DNA from: Azolla caroliniana
Lineage: Eukaryota; Plantae; Polypodiophyta
NCBI GenBank assembly: GCA_043228905.1
Contig: JBHGNT010000011.1
Coordinates: 16,306,001 to 16,370,000, forward strand
Length of the DNA stretch: 64,000 nt
Direction of reading: 5' to 3'
This document shows, in pieces, positions 47,089 to 59,599 of the stretch. Numbering within the stretch: position 1 is the first letter of the stretch; every line of letters starts with the position of its first letter. The position numbers and the translations under genes were made by a program. Under the pieces are notes generated by a model. That model was not told the DNA's origin and did no database searches. It worked only from the letters and a program-made list of their open reading frames with translations.

Positions 47089-49706
47089 GGGTGCGTCGAC
47101 AAGATGTTGTACACGGAGGAAGATAGGCCCCGTGGTCGTGGTGGACGAGGCGGATCGGCACAATGGAGGCGGCCGACAAGAGCAGAACAAGCGGCATAAT
47201 CGAAATGCCGACAATAGTGAGTCTCGGTGGAAGCCGTTACTTTGTAACTTTCATCGACGACTTCACTCGGCACACATGGGTATGCACGATCGTGAAGAAG
47301 AGCGAAGTCTTCACATGTTTCTTGAGGTGAAGATCCTTGTGGAAAGGGAAACAGGGCGCAAGATCAAATGCCTACGGTCCGATGGCGGGAAGGAGTACTT
47401 CTCCGACCAGTTCACGAGTTATCTACAGAAGGAGGGAATTCGGCGTGAATTCTCGTGTAGATATACGCCGGAGCAGAACGGCGTAGCGAGCAGAAGAATC
47501 GGACAATCGAAGAAGCGGCCAAGGCAATGCTTGAAGAGAAGCATATGCCGAAATTCTATTGGGATGAAGCCGTGAGGACGGCTATCTACCTGCAGAATCA
47601 GACTTCTCCTAATGGAGGAGTGTCGCCACATGAATTGTATTTCGGGAAGAACCCGAACTTGGCACACTTGAGGATTTTCGGTAGCATTGCATATGTGCAT
47701 GGGCCGAAGGAAAAGAGGAGGAAGTTGGACGCCAAAGCTGAAAAGTGCATCTTAGTCGGCTATCTAGACGAGCAGAAGGGGTATAAATGTTATAACCCCC
47801 AAACAAAGGAAGTACGCGTAAGTCGAGATGTTGTGTTCGACGAATCCGCTTCGTGGTACTTGCCTTCACCTCCAACTCCTCATGACTCCATTCCGAATTC
47901 TGAGGACGAAGTTAGCGAGGCCGAAATGCCTCCGCACGATGAGGAAATCAAAGCTCTGTGAGAGAGTCCGATCTCATTTCGGCTAAGTGGGCCGAATGAA
48001 GGGTTGAGCCGAAATGACCAACCTGTTGAAGAGACGACGAGTAGTGGAGACTCGGCCGTGATGTCCCCGCATAAAGAACCGAGGAGATAGTTTACGTGTA
48101 AAGAGAAGGGCAAGAAGAAAATGCCGGAATACGACTTCGGCAGTGCTGAGTCAGATCGGAGCGAGTCAGACTACGAGCAAACTGAAAAGGAACCTCCACG
48201 GAAGAGGTCAACAGTAGCCGAAAAGGTCGTGAAATCGGGTAATCACCAATTATGCCGATCTACCCGCCTGAAAAACCCCGTAAATAGATACAGGTATAAT
48301 GAGTACATGGCGCACCATTACGCATACATGACGCGAGTGGTGAAAGTGCGTGAGCCGGAGAGCTATGCAGAAGTGTTGAAAGACGCGAACTAGTGTGCGG
48401 CGATGGAGGAAGAGATGCGCGCTTTGACTGACAATGAGACCTGGGACCTGGTTGACGCACCGAAGGGTGTAAAGCCGATTGGATGCCGATGGGTGTACAA
48501 GGTCAAGTACGACACCGACGGCTTTGTCAACCGCTATAAGGCCCGTTTAGTTGCAAAAGGCTACATGCAGAAGCACGGCATGGACTACGACGAGACCTTC
48601 GCGCTTGTCGTGAAGATGACTACCGTGCGTGTCCTGCTAGCCGTAGCAGCGGCGAAGGGGTGGCATTTACATCAAATGGATGTAAAGAACGTGTTCCTGC
48701 AAGGTGATCTTGAGGAACAGGTGTACATGGTACAACCCCCCGGATTTCTATCTGAACAGAACACTTTGGCAGTTTGCCAACTGAAGAAGTCACTTTATAG
48801 ACTCGAGCTTGGAACGCAAAGATTACACAATGGTTGCGTAAGATGGGGTTTTTGACATCGAAGTCTAACTCTTCATTATTTGTTCGGCAAGGTCAACACG
48901 GGCTGGTAAGCCTTCTATTATATGTTGATGATTTAATCATCGTCCGTGCCGACCTGAATGAAATCTGCCATGTAAAGTCTCAACTTGTAGCATCATTTGA
49001 AATGAAGGATCTTGGAGACCTTCATTACTTCCTTGAGATTGAAGTGATCCGTACCCCCGAATGCATATTGAATATGCTCTTCAAGTTCGGGATGCCAAAT
49101 TTTAAGCCCATCTTGACCCCTCTAGACAGAAACGTAAAGCTTCGCCGAGATTCGGGAAAGGCTTGCGACCCGACAAGGTTTCGACAAATTGTTGGAAGCC
49201 TTATCTATTTGACGATTACTCGGCCAGATCTTAGCTACTCGGTCGGCGTAATCAGTCAATTTATGTCGCAGCCTACGGATACTGCGATATGTAAGCGGCA
49301 CGAAAGACATGGCGTTGCTATATCGAGCAGGCGTAGTTGAACAGTTAGTTGGCTACACGGATGCCGATTGGGCAGGAAATGCCCACGATTGTAGATCCAC
49401 ATCTGGATACGCATTCTCATTGGGAAGTGCGGCGATCGAGTGGAGAAGCTAAAAGCAACTGACAGTGGCACTGTCGAGCTCGGAGGCCGAATATCGATGG
49501 ATGACTGTTGCTACTTGTGAAGTCATTTGGCTGAAACGGCTATTACGGGATCTGCATGTGGGGGTGTCTGATCCGACAATGATCTATTGTGATAACCTCA
49601 GCAATATCCACCTTGTGGAAAACCCTGTATTCCACGCCCGGACCAAGCACATTGAGGTGTACTACCATTTTGTCCGTGAGTGGGTCCTTTGAGGTGAAGT
49701 CGAACT

Positions 49707-52700
49707 TGTCATGATATGGCAAGACTCGAACCCATGACCTTAGGTTATATGGGTAGAGCTCTTGACCATTAGATCATCTATTGTAATACGTAGGATATTA
49801 TTTTCATTTACATTTTATTATAGGAAAATAGTGTATATTCCAGATTTCTTTGGAACATTCTAGAAGCTTTAGGATTACTCTTGAAAACACTATAAAAGAG
49901 GGCACTAGGCATTATGTTGAACCAAATTGGTTCAACGCCAATCTTAAGCCTTTTAGCCACCATTGTATATTCTCTTCACATAATACATATCTTTCTTATC
50001 ATCACTCTCTCCCTCTCTCGATCTCTCTCTTTCTCTCCGTCTCGCTCACTTCTTCCTTCTCTCGAAGAAGTTCTACACCTCTCATAGTACTAATCCTTCG
50101 TTTAGTACTAATTCCTTCTCTGTCTTAGTACTGTTCCTGACAGTTTGAACCAATTTCCCTACCTTCTGTCTCTCTCATTTCCTACTAATCTCTTATTCCT
50201 CTTTTCTTTCATCCCATAGACACTGTTAGCGCTGAAGAATATCAATCTGTTTTCTCGGAATTTCAATGCTTGAAAGAGAAGTTCCATGCTTTGGAACAAG
50301 AAAACCAACGGTTGCTGGGGGATCTTCAACAAATCTCCTTAGAAAAGCAGCAAACGCAACAACAACATGGGGAACTTGCGTTACACGTGCAACAACTCGA
50401 AGCAACCATCGTAGCGATGCAACAACAAGGGCCCGGAACACAAGGGATTCATAAAGAACCCAAGATTGGCCTTCCCACGAAGTTCGATGGAACGCGATCG
50501 CAGTTTAGAGGGTTCCTTAACCAGGTATGATTAGTTATTCAAATGCATCCTTCCTGATATCCCACCGATGCATCACGAGTGGGTTTAGTAGGCACTTTGT
50601 TAAGTGGCTCAACATTGTCATGGTTCGCTCCACTATTAGAAAAGGAATCTCCGTTACTCAACAATTTTGAAGAGTTTCTAGGTGAGTTTAAAGCATGTTT
50701 CGGAGATACTGACAACATCAGGACCGCAATCAACAAAATTCGGCGATTACGCCAAGGTGACCGTCCAGCCTCCGCATACGCTACAGATTTTCGCCTCCTC
50801 GTCACCGATATCCCTTGGGATGATCAGCATTGATGGAGCAATTCCGTTATGGTTTACGCAATGATGTCAAGGATTTACTGTTGACCTTCCCTGAAGAGCC
50901 AAAGTCCTTAACAGAAGCAATCAGTCGCGCGGTGAGATGTGACAACCGCCTCTTTGAGTGACATTCGGAAAGATAGCTACAGATGCCGAGGGCAAGATCA
51001 GAGCCCACCTACGCCTCAGTGGTAGCAAGACCTTTTCCGAGGGAGTCATATAATGCGCCTCCAGCGAATACTCCGACTCCGATGTAGATTGACACTACAC
51101 GTCGTCGAGGGCCATTATCCGAAGAAGAAAAGCAGCGACGCCGTACAAATCGACTATGTCTTTACTGCGGTGGACCAGGACATATCGCAATAAATTGCCC
51201 CCATAGGCCAAGAAGACAGGTAAACCAAATAGTCGCTAGTTCTAATTGTACTAAACCCGAGCCTATTTTAGTAGGGATATCTGATAGTCCTAATAGTACT
51301 AATAGCCCAGATCTAGCGAACAAATTTGATGTCCTTAGTCAGTTAGAAGAAGAGTTAAATGACTAAGTCCAGCCAAAATAGGAGCTGTTTGGTTGGACAA
51401 CCCTAGATCTGTGCAGCCCATTAGTGGTTCCATTCCCTCTAAGCAAGTTAGTGGTGTGTTGGTAGCCCAAGTAATAGTTAGTACTAAAAGTACCCCTCTA
51501 GTACATGTCCTAGCACTCCTAGATTCCGGAGCTAACTCTTGCTTTATGGATAAGAAATTTGCTCAAGCTCATAAGATATCCCTAAGAAAACTCCAGTGTC
51601 CAGCCTCTGTAGTAGTCATTGATGGACGTCCCATTGCTTCCGGAAATATCATAGAAGAGTCAGAGCCCATTAATATTGTCCTAGATAACTTAGCATGTGT
51701 AGTATCATTTAATATTATTAGTATCCCAGAACATCCTATAGTTTTAGGATTACCGTGGTTCGAGTTACATAACCCAGACATAGATTGGAGAACAAGAGAA
51801 ATCCGGTGTCGACAAACCCAAGGGCCAACTCAGAAGATGGCAACCATTTCGCTATGTCAGTTGCGTAAAGAAGGGCGCAAGGAGGAAATGTTCATCTTTG
51901 CAATATCAGTAAACCCCTCTAGCACCACTAAAGAAGAATCCACCGTTCAACTTCCCGAGAAGTATCGTCATTATATCGATGTGTTCGATAAAGTACAAGC
52001 CAACACACTTCCTCATCATCGACCGTACGATTGCACCATCGATTTACAACCGGGAAAAGAGCCGCCATGGGGACCGATCTAAAATTTTTCACCAACTGAG
52101 CTGGAAGTCCTTCGGGCCTATATCGAGGAGAATTTGGAAAATGGTTTCATTCGGCATTCGAAATCTCTAGCCAACGCGCCCATTTTCTTCGTCAAGAAAA
52201 AAGATGAATCGCTTCGTCTCGTTGTAGATTACTGTGGCTTGAATAAGGTTACAATCAGGAATAGGTATGCTCTTCCCCTTATCTCAAGTCTTTTAGAACA
52301 GATCAATGGTGCCAGGTTCTTCACGAAGATCGACTTACGGGGAGCATATAACCTCGTACGGATCCGACCAGGAGACGAATGGAAGACCGCATTTCGCACG
52401 AGATATGGGCACTTCGAGTATACGGTCATGCCGTTTGGCCTCACTAATGCGTCGACAGTCTTCCAGCACATGGCTAATGATATATTCCTAGATCTATTGG
52501 ATGATTGTTTGATCATCTATTTGGATGATCTACTGGTTTATTCAAAGACCCAAGAAGAACATGATTCTCGTGTACTATTAGTACTAAAACGACTTCAAGA
52601 ACATGGTCTGTATGCAAAGCTGGAAAAATGTAGTTTCGGGTGCAACCAAGTGGAATTTCTCGGCTACATCATTTCGTCAGAAGGCATCTCCATGGACCTA

Positions 52701-55377
52701 GCTAAGGTCAAAATAGTGGTAGAATGGCAGACTCCGCGTTCGGTGCGGGAAGTGCAATGCTTCCTAGGCTGTGCCAATTTTTACTGGAAGTTCATACAAG
52801 ATTACTCAAAGATGGTTCTACCTCTCACACAACTTACCAGGAAGGGACAACCGTTCATCTGGTCTGAAGAAACGGACATGGATTTCGAGAGTCTTAAAAA
52901 GGCATTTACATCGGCTCCAATTCTAGCTCATGTCGATCCGGAAAAACCATTCATTATCGAAGCTGACGCATCGGATTTTGCATTGGGGAGCATTCTATCA
53001 CAACAGGGGAATGATGAGAAGCTACATCCTGTGGCTTTTCACTCACGCAAGTTTGACGCCGCCGAAATCAACTACGAAATTCATGATCAGGAGCTATTGG
53101 CAATAATGGATTCTTTTATGCAATGGAGGCATTTTCTGGAGGGATCCTCTCATCCAGTCACCGTATTTAGTGACCACAAGAATCTTGCCTACTTTCAGGA
53201 TGCTCGTGTGTTGAATCGACGTCAAGCTCGGTGGGCCCACTTCCTCACGCGTTTCGACTTCAAAATTACATATCGTTCGGGGAAGCACCAAGGGAAGGCA
53301 GATGCATTATCATGACGTTCGTATCTAGCACCCCGTCCCGGCGAGCCAACTTTCGATAACCAAAAACAAGTCATCTTGGGACCAACACGACTACAAGCAA
53401 CACAGATCTTTGACATGCCCATGGATTCCCGCGTTATCGATACCATACGTGAAGACTTGAAGACAGATGCGTTCGCCCAAGCTATACTAGCACAAATTGA
53501 TCCCTCTCGAGTGTCGTGTTCACAGTTGCAACCACCAGGTACGGACTATCAACAGTTCAAATACCATGATGGATTACTCTTCTTTAAAGAACTTTTGTAT
53601 GTTCCTAATGGTTCTTGCCGCCTTCAAGTAGTACAAAACTATCATGACACATATACAACTGGGCATTTTGGTAGTACTAAAACATTACATTTAGTACAAC
53701 GATCATTCTGGTGGCCCCGTATGCGACAATTTGTCGAGGATTTTGTTCGGACTTGTGATACGTGTTGCAGAGCAAAAAGCCAAGGCATCATCCATATGGT
53801 TTATTAGAACCATTACCAATTCCAAGCAAGCCATGGCAATCCATTGCTCTAGACTTCATCACAGATCTTCCAGTCTCTAAGGGGTTCAATGTGATTCTAA
53901 CGGTGGTCGATCGATATACGAAGATGGCTCATTTCTTGCCATGTACTAAGGAGATCTCCAGTGAAGACACTGCCGAAATTGTCATGCGTGAAGTATGTCG
54001 GCATCATGGACTTCCCGATAGTATCATCAGCAACCGTGGACCCCAGTTCATGTCAAAATTCTGGAAGCACCTTTTTAACATGCTCAAGGTCACTTGTAAC
54101 CTCTCCTCCGGCTACCACCCACAAACCGACGGCCAAGCTGAACGAACAAATCAAACGCTGGAGCAGTATCTACGATGCTTTCTCAGCTATCATCAGGACG
54201 ACTGGGCAGATATTCTCCACTTCGCCGAATTTGCCTATAACAACTCTATCCACGCATCCACTAAAGTTACGCCATTTTATGCTTATACGGGATGTCACCC
54301 CCGGTGGAGTGTACTTGAAACCCTAGAGGTGTCCACAAATCCGTGCGCGGAGGATTGTTTGGAGCGGTTACGCAAGATACAAGCGGATTTATCTACTCAT
54401 CTCCAGCAAGCTCAACAAACAGACAAGGTCTACGCGGATCGTCATCGACTTCCATCCAGTTTTAATATTGGAGATCGGGTGTGGCTGCTAGGAAGAAACA
54501 TCAAGACTACTCGCCCATGTGAGAAGTTGGATTATCGGCGATTAGGTCCTTTCCGTATTATTGGACAGATTAATGATGTCGCTTTTCGTCTCGATCTACC
54601 TCCTCAACTTCGGATACATCCGGTGTTTCATAGTTCTCTCCTCGAACCCTACCATGAGAGCACCATCCCAGGATGTCTTATCCAACCTCCACCACTGATC
54701 GAGCTTGAAGATGGGCCAGAGTACGAGGTTGCCGCCATCCTTGATTCCAAGATTGTTCGCAACAAGCTCTACTATCTAGTCGATTGGCTAGGCTATAGTC
54801 CTAGTGAACGTACTTGGGAACCGATCGAGAATGTGACCAATGCTCGTGCTCTTCTTGAAGACTTCCATCGTCAATATCCACACAAACCGGGTCCTCAATC
54901 CAAGAAGATTCGTGACACTCGTCGTTTTAAAAGGGGGATAGTGTCATGATATGGCAAGACTCGAACCCATGACCTTAGGTTATATGGGTCAAGCTCTTGA
55001 CCATTAGATCATCTATTGTAATACGTAGGATATTATTTTCATTTACATTTTATTATAGGAAATTAGTGTATATTCCAGATTTCTCTCGAACATTCTAGAA
55101 GATTCAGGATTACTCTTGAAAACACTATAAAAGAGGGCACTAGGCATTATGTTGAACCAAATTGGTTCAACGCCAGTCTTAAGCCTTTTAGCCACCATTG
55201 TATATTCTCTTCACATAATACATATCTTTCTTATCATCACTCTCTCCCTCTCTCGATCTCTCGCTTTCTCTCCGTCTCGCTCACTTCTTCCTTCTCTCGA
55301 AGAAGTTCTACACCTCTCATAGTACTAATCCTTCGTTTAGTACTAATTCCTTCTCTGTCTTAGTACTGTTCCTGACA
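49707..55377 (+). mobile_element. Decayed chromovirus 'Chromo-2' (same family as Chromo-1)
   Basis: 436-bp LTRs at 49707-50142 and 54942-55377 (about 9 visible differences). TSD GAACT at 49702-49706 and 55378-55382. PPT AAAAGGGGGATAG. Confidence 0.94.
50215..54949 (+). pseudogene. Chromo-2 gag and pol with C-terminal chromodomain, disrupted
   Basis: ORF pieces 51393-52082 (PR), 52134-53315 (RT/RH) and 53762-54949 (INT plus EYEVAAILDSKIVRNKLYYLVDWLGYSPSERTWEP). Confidence 0.9.
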
Positions 55378-58300
55378 GAACTAGTGTATGTTCTGACGGA
55401 TCGACAGGTTGCCGACATCTTCACCAAGCCTCTTGGTCTCGACAAGTTACGACATTTCTCAGGTGAGCTAGGGTTGTGTCACCTCGACACGCCGAACTTG
55501 AGGGGGAGAAAGGAAGAACAGGAACAAGAGCGTGCAAGGAGTGGAGCTGTTCATCACGGCGGAAGTGACCGTGATGAGGAATCAGACGAAGAAGCCGAAG
55601 AAAGAAGCAAGGGACATAATCGTAGGAAAGGGTTGAAGACAACCGAATAAGGGGGAGATAAGGCCAAGACGAAGACGTGGTCAGAAGTTGTCAAAGGCCT
55701 AAAGACTGAAGACGAATTGGAGACAGTCAATTCAGATGAAAGCGGAATTGAATTAGAAACGTTCGATTTGGTTATTACGAATCGACTGAGGGCCATGTGG
55801 AGAAAAGGGCAGCGAAGGACGTGCCAAAACCGTGACAGCAAGGGAGCTGAGAAGGGCCGAACGAGTAGAATGGTTGACAGGAAGAGTCGAAGCGTGTGGA
55901 ATCGAACAGATTGAGGAGAGCGAGCGAGGTGTGAAGCCAGAAGGAACCAGAGCGTAGATCTGGTAGAGCGGACGAAACCTCAAGTTGAGCTTGAGGGGGA
56001 GTGTTGAGGGACAAGCTCAACATTCGGTGCGTAATCGGGTGCGTTAGCAAGTGCGTAAACTGGGTGCGTAAAACCGTGCGCACAATAGGCCGTAGCGATG
56101 CGTAAACCTAGAGGCCATTAGGAAATTATTCCGTGTAAGTAATAATTTTGGGAGTGTGTGTAGTCGACTCCATTATGAGCAGTCAAGTATATGTCACTAC
56201 TTGTGTTAGACCAATTGTCAGGGCTTGTATAAAATGTGCTCTCTCTATCTGTCAGCATGCATAGTCTCAGAATTATTTTTTAATAGAGTTGTGTGTCTAA
56301 TCTCTCTATCTGTCTCTCCATCTCCATCTCCTTCTCTGTGTTTTCTGTGTTTACCAAACTGTCTTATTTCCGGAATGTATACACTGTGTTTACGCACACG
56401 TATTCTTTTACACATATGCCTTATGTGTCGAATGTTTCAAATCTAAGATGATATGAATAGTAGGTGTAAGAAACATTCTACAATGATATAAATACTATTG
56501 AAAAGACATCTTACTAGATATTGGAATAAACACAACGAATAATGGGTGCATTGGAGGAGCAATCGGTTGCAGTCCAATAGGTCATAAGTTTAATCCTCCT
56601 TGTGCCCTAAAGCAAGAAGAGTACAGATTACCTCCAACAACACTCACAACTTGAGCTTATTCATTTCAATTAATTGCATAGGAACATGCGTATCCCTGAT
56701 GTGTCAAATATGGCACTTAATTTTGGTGAATGGAGAGTACGAACGCACGTTGCCTCAGTCTATGTGTACTTAGGGTTTTGATTACTTTTGGCCCGATTCA
56801 AATACATCAAGGGTGGACTACAACACCACTCACAAAGTAAGATTATTAATTTCAAATCTTTGCACACAAACATGATACAAATACTATTGCCAAGAATCTT
56901 GTTGGATATTAGAGTTAAAACAAAAGAATCCGTCAAGGGTGCATAGCTCAATGGTAGAGGAATCGGCTGCAGTCCGATAGGTCATCAATTCAATCCTGGT
57001 TGCGCCCTAAAACAAGAAGAGTAGGTATTACCATTAACAACACTTACATCGTAAGAGTATTAATTACAAAATGGTAGGCACAAACATGCAAATGCCTTAT
57101 GTGTCGAATGTTTCAAATCTAAGATGATATGAATACTAGCTGTAAGAAACATTCTAAGATGATATGACTACTATTGATAAGACGTCTTTAATATAGGATA
57201 TTGGAATAAACACAACAACGAATAATAGGTGCATAACTCGGTGGTAGAACTATCAGTCGTAGTGCGATATGTCATCAGTTCAATCCTCCTTCTTGTGCAC
57301 TAAAACAAGAAGAGTATAAATTAGCTCCAACAACACTCACCAATCCCCAAGATCATTAATTTCAAATCTTTGCAAACGTGTATCCCTTATGTGTCAAATA
57401 TAAGACAAACATGCATATGCACTCCTTGTTGTGCCCTAAAACAAGAAGAGCATAAATTACCTCCAACACCACTCACCAACCCCCGAGACTATTAATTTAA
57501 AATCTTTGTAAACGTGTATCCCTTATGTGTCAAATATAACACAAACATGCATATGCATTATGTGTCGGATGTTTCGAATCTTAGATGATATAAATACTAT
57601 CGGCAATAAGTATTCTTGGATATTCTTGAATAAACAAAAGAACCAATCATGGGTGCATAGCTCAATGGTGGAGCAATCGGTTGCAGTCCGAACGCACGTT
57701 ACCCCACTCTATGTCTACTGAGGGTTTTGATTACTTTTGGCCCGATTCAAATACATCAAGGCTGGACTCCAACAACACTCAGAAAATAGGATTATTAATT
57801 TCCAATCTTTGCACACGTACATGATACAAATACTATTGCCAAGAAACTTGTTGGATATTGGAGTTAAACAAAAGAATCCATGAAGGGTGCATAGCTTAGT
57901 GGTAGAGCAATCGGCTGCAGTCCCAAAGGTCATCAGTTCAATCCTTGTTGCGCCCTAAAACAAGAAGATTAGGTATTAGCTTGAACAACACTTACATTCG
58001 AAGATTATTAATTACAAAATGTTACACACAAACATGCATATGCCTTATGTGTTAAATGTTTCAAATCTAAGATGCCTATCTCAATGGTAGAACAATCGGT
58101 CGTAGTACGATAGGTGATCACTTCAATCTTCCTTGTGCCCTAAATCAAGAAGAGTATAAATGACCTCCAAGAACAGTCCCAGCCCGAGATTATTAATTTC
58201 AAATCTTTGCAACGAACATGCGTATCCCTTATCTGTCCAAGATTATTAATCAAGAAGAGTAATAGGTGATCACAACTTTAGCTTATTCATTTCAAATAAT

Positions 58301-58561
58301 TGCATAGGAACATGCGTATCCGTGATGTGTCAAATATGGCACTTAATTTCGGTAAATGGAGAGCGTGAAGGCACGTTGCCTCACTCTATGTGTACTTAGG
58401 GCTTTGATTACTTTTGGCCCGATTCAAATACATCAAGGGTGGAGTGCAACAACACTCACAAAGTACGATGATTAATTTCAAATATTTGCACACAAACATG
58501 ATACAAATACTATTGCTAGGAATCTTGTTGGATATTAGAGTTGAACAAAAGAATCCATGAA

Positions 58562-58633
58562 GGGTGCATAGCTCAGTGGTAGAGCAATCGGCTGCAGTCC
58601 GATACGTCATCAGTTCAATCCTGGTTGCGCCCT
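58562..58633 (+). tRNA. trnC-GCA: tRNA-Cys(GCA)-like copy with intact cloverleaf (function unproven)
   Basis: Acceptor GGGTGCA/TGCGCCC, D arm GCTC/GAGC, anticodon arm ATCGG-CT-GCA-GT-CCGAT, T arm ATCAG-TTCAATC-CTGGT, discriminator T. Confidence 0.6.
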
Positions 58634-59527
58634 AAAACCGGAAGAGTAGGTATTACCATTAACAACACTTACATCGTAAGAATATTAATTACAAAATGGT
58701 AGGCACAAACATGCAAATGCCTTATGTGTCGAATGTTACAAATCTAAGATGATATGAATACTAGCTGTAAGAAACATGATATGAATACTATTGATAAGAC
58801 GTCTTTAATACAGGGTATTGGAATAAACCCAAGAACGAATAATAAGTGCATAGCTCGGTGGTAGAACAATCGGTCGTAGTGCGATAGGTGATCAGTTCAA
58901 TCCTCCTTGTGCCCTAAATCAAGAAGATTATAAATTACCTCCAAGAACACTCACAACCCGAGATAATTAATTTCAAATATTTGAAACTAACATGGGTATC
59001 CCTTATGTGTCAAATATAACACAAACATGCATATGTATTATGTGTCGAATGTTTCAAATCTAAGATGATATGCATATTATCGGCAAGAAGTATTCTTGGA
59101 TATTGGAATAAACAAAAGAGCCAATCATCGGTGCAGAGCTCAATGGTGGAACAAACGGTTGCAGTCCGATAGGTAATCAACTTAATCCTCATTGTGCCCT
59201 AAAGCAAGAAGATTGTAGATTACTTCCTACAACACTCACAAGTTGAGCTTATTAATTTCAAATTATTTCACAGGAACTTTCGTATCCCAAGTGTGTCAAA
59301 TATGGCACTGAATTTCAACGAATGGTGAGTGCGAACACACATTGGTCCACTCTATGTGTACTTAGGGTTTTGATTACTTTTGGCCCGATTCAAATACATC
59401 AAGGGTGGACTCCAATAACACTCAGAAACTAAGATTATTAATTTCAAATATTTGCACACGTACATGATACAAATACTATTGCCAAGAATCTTGTTGGATA
59501 TTGGAGTGAAACAAAAGAATCCATGAA

Positions 59528-59599
59528 GGGTGCATAGCTCAGTGGTAGAGCAATCGGCTGCAGTCCGATAGGTCATCAGTTCAATCCTGGTTGTGCCCT
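59528..59599 (+). tRNA. trnC-GCA: tRNA-Cys(GCA)-like copy with intact cloverleaf (function unproven)
   Basis: All four stems pair (two G-U pairs in the acceptor). A box TAGCTCAGTGG and B box GTTCAATCC are intact. U73 discriminator. Confidence 0.62.

Larger units (their letters stand above)
43523..56412 (+). mobile_element. Decayed Ty1/copia 'Copia-6', host of two gypsy insertions
   Basis: TSD CATAT at 43518-43522 and 56413-56417. 5' LTR 43523 to about 43720 (U5, PBS and leader deleted). 3' LTR 56002-56412 after the PPT at 55991-56001. Coding remnants at 43724-44286, 47094-49706 and 55383-55510. A deletion near 47215 removes the zinc knuckle and protease. Confidence 0.85.
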
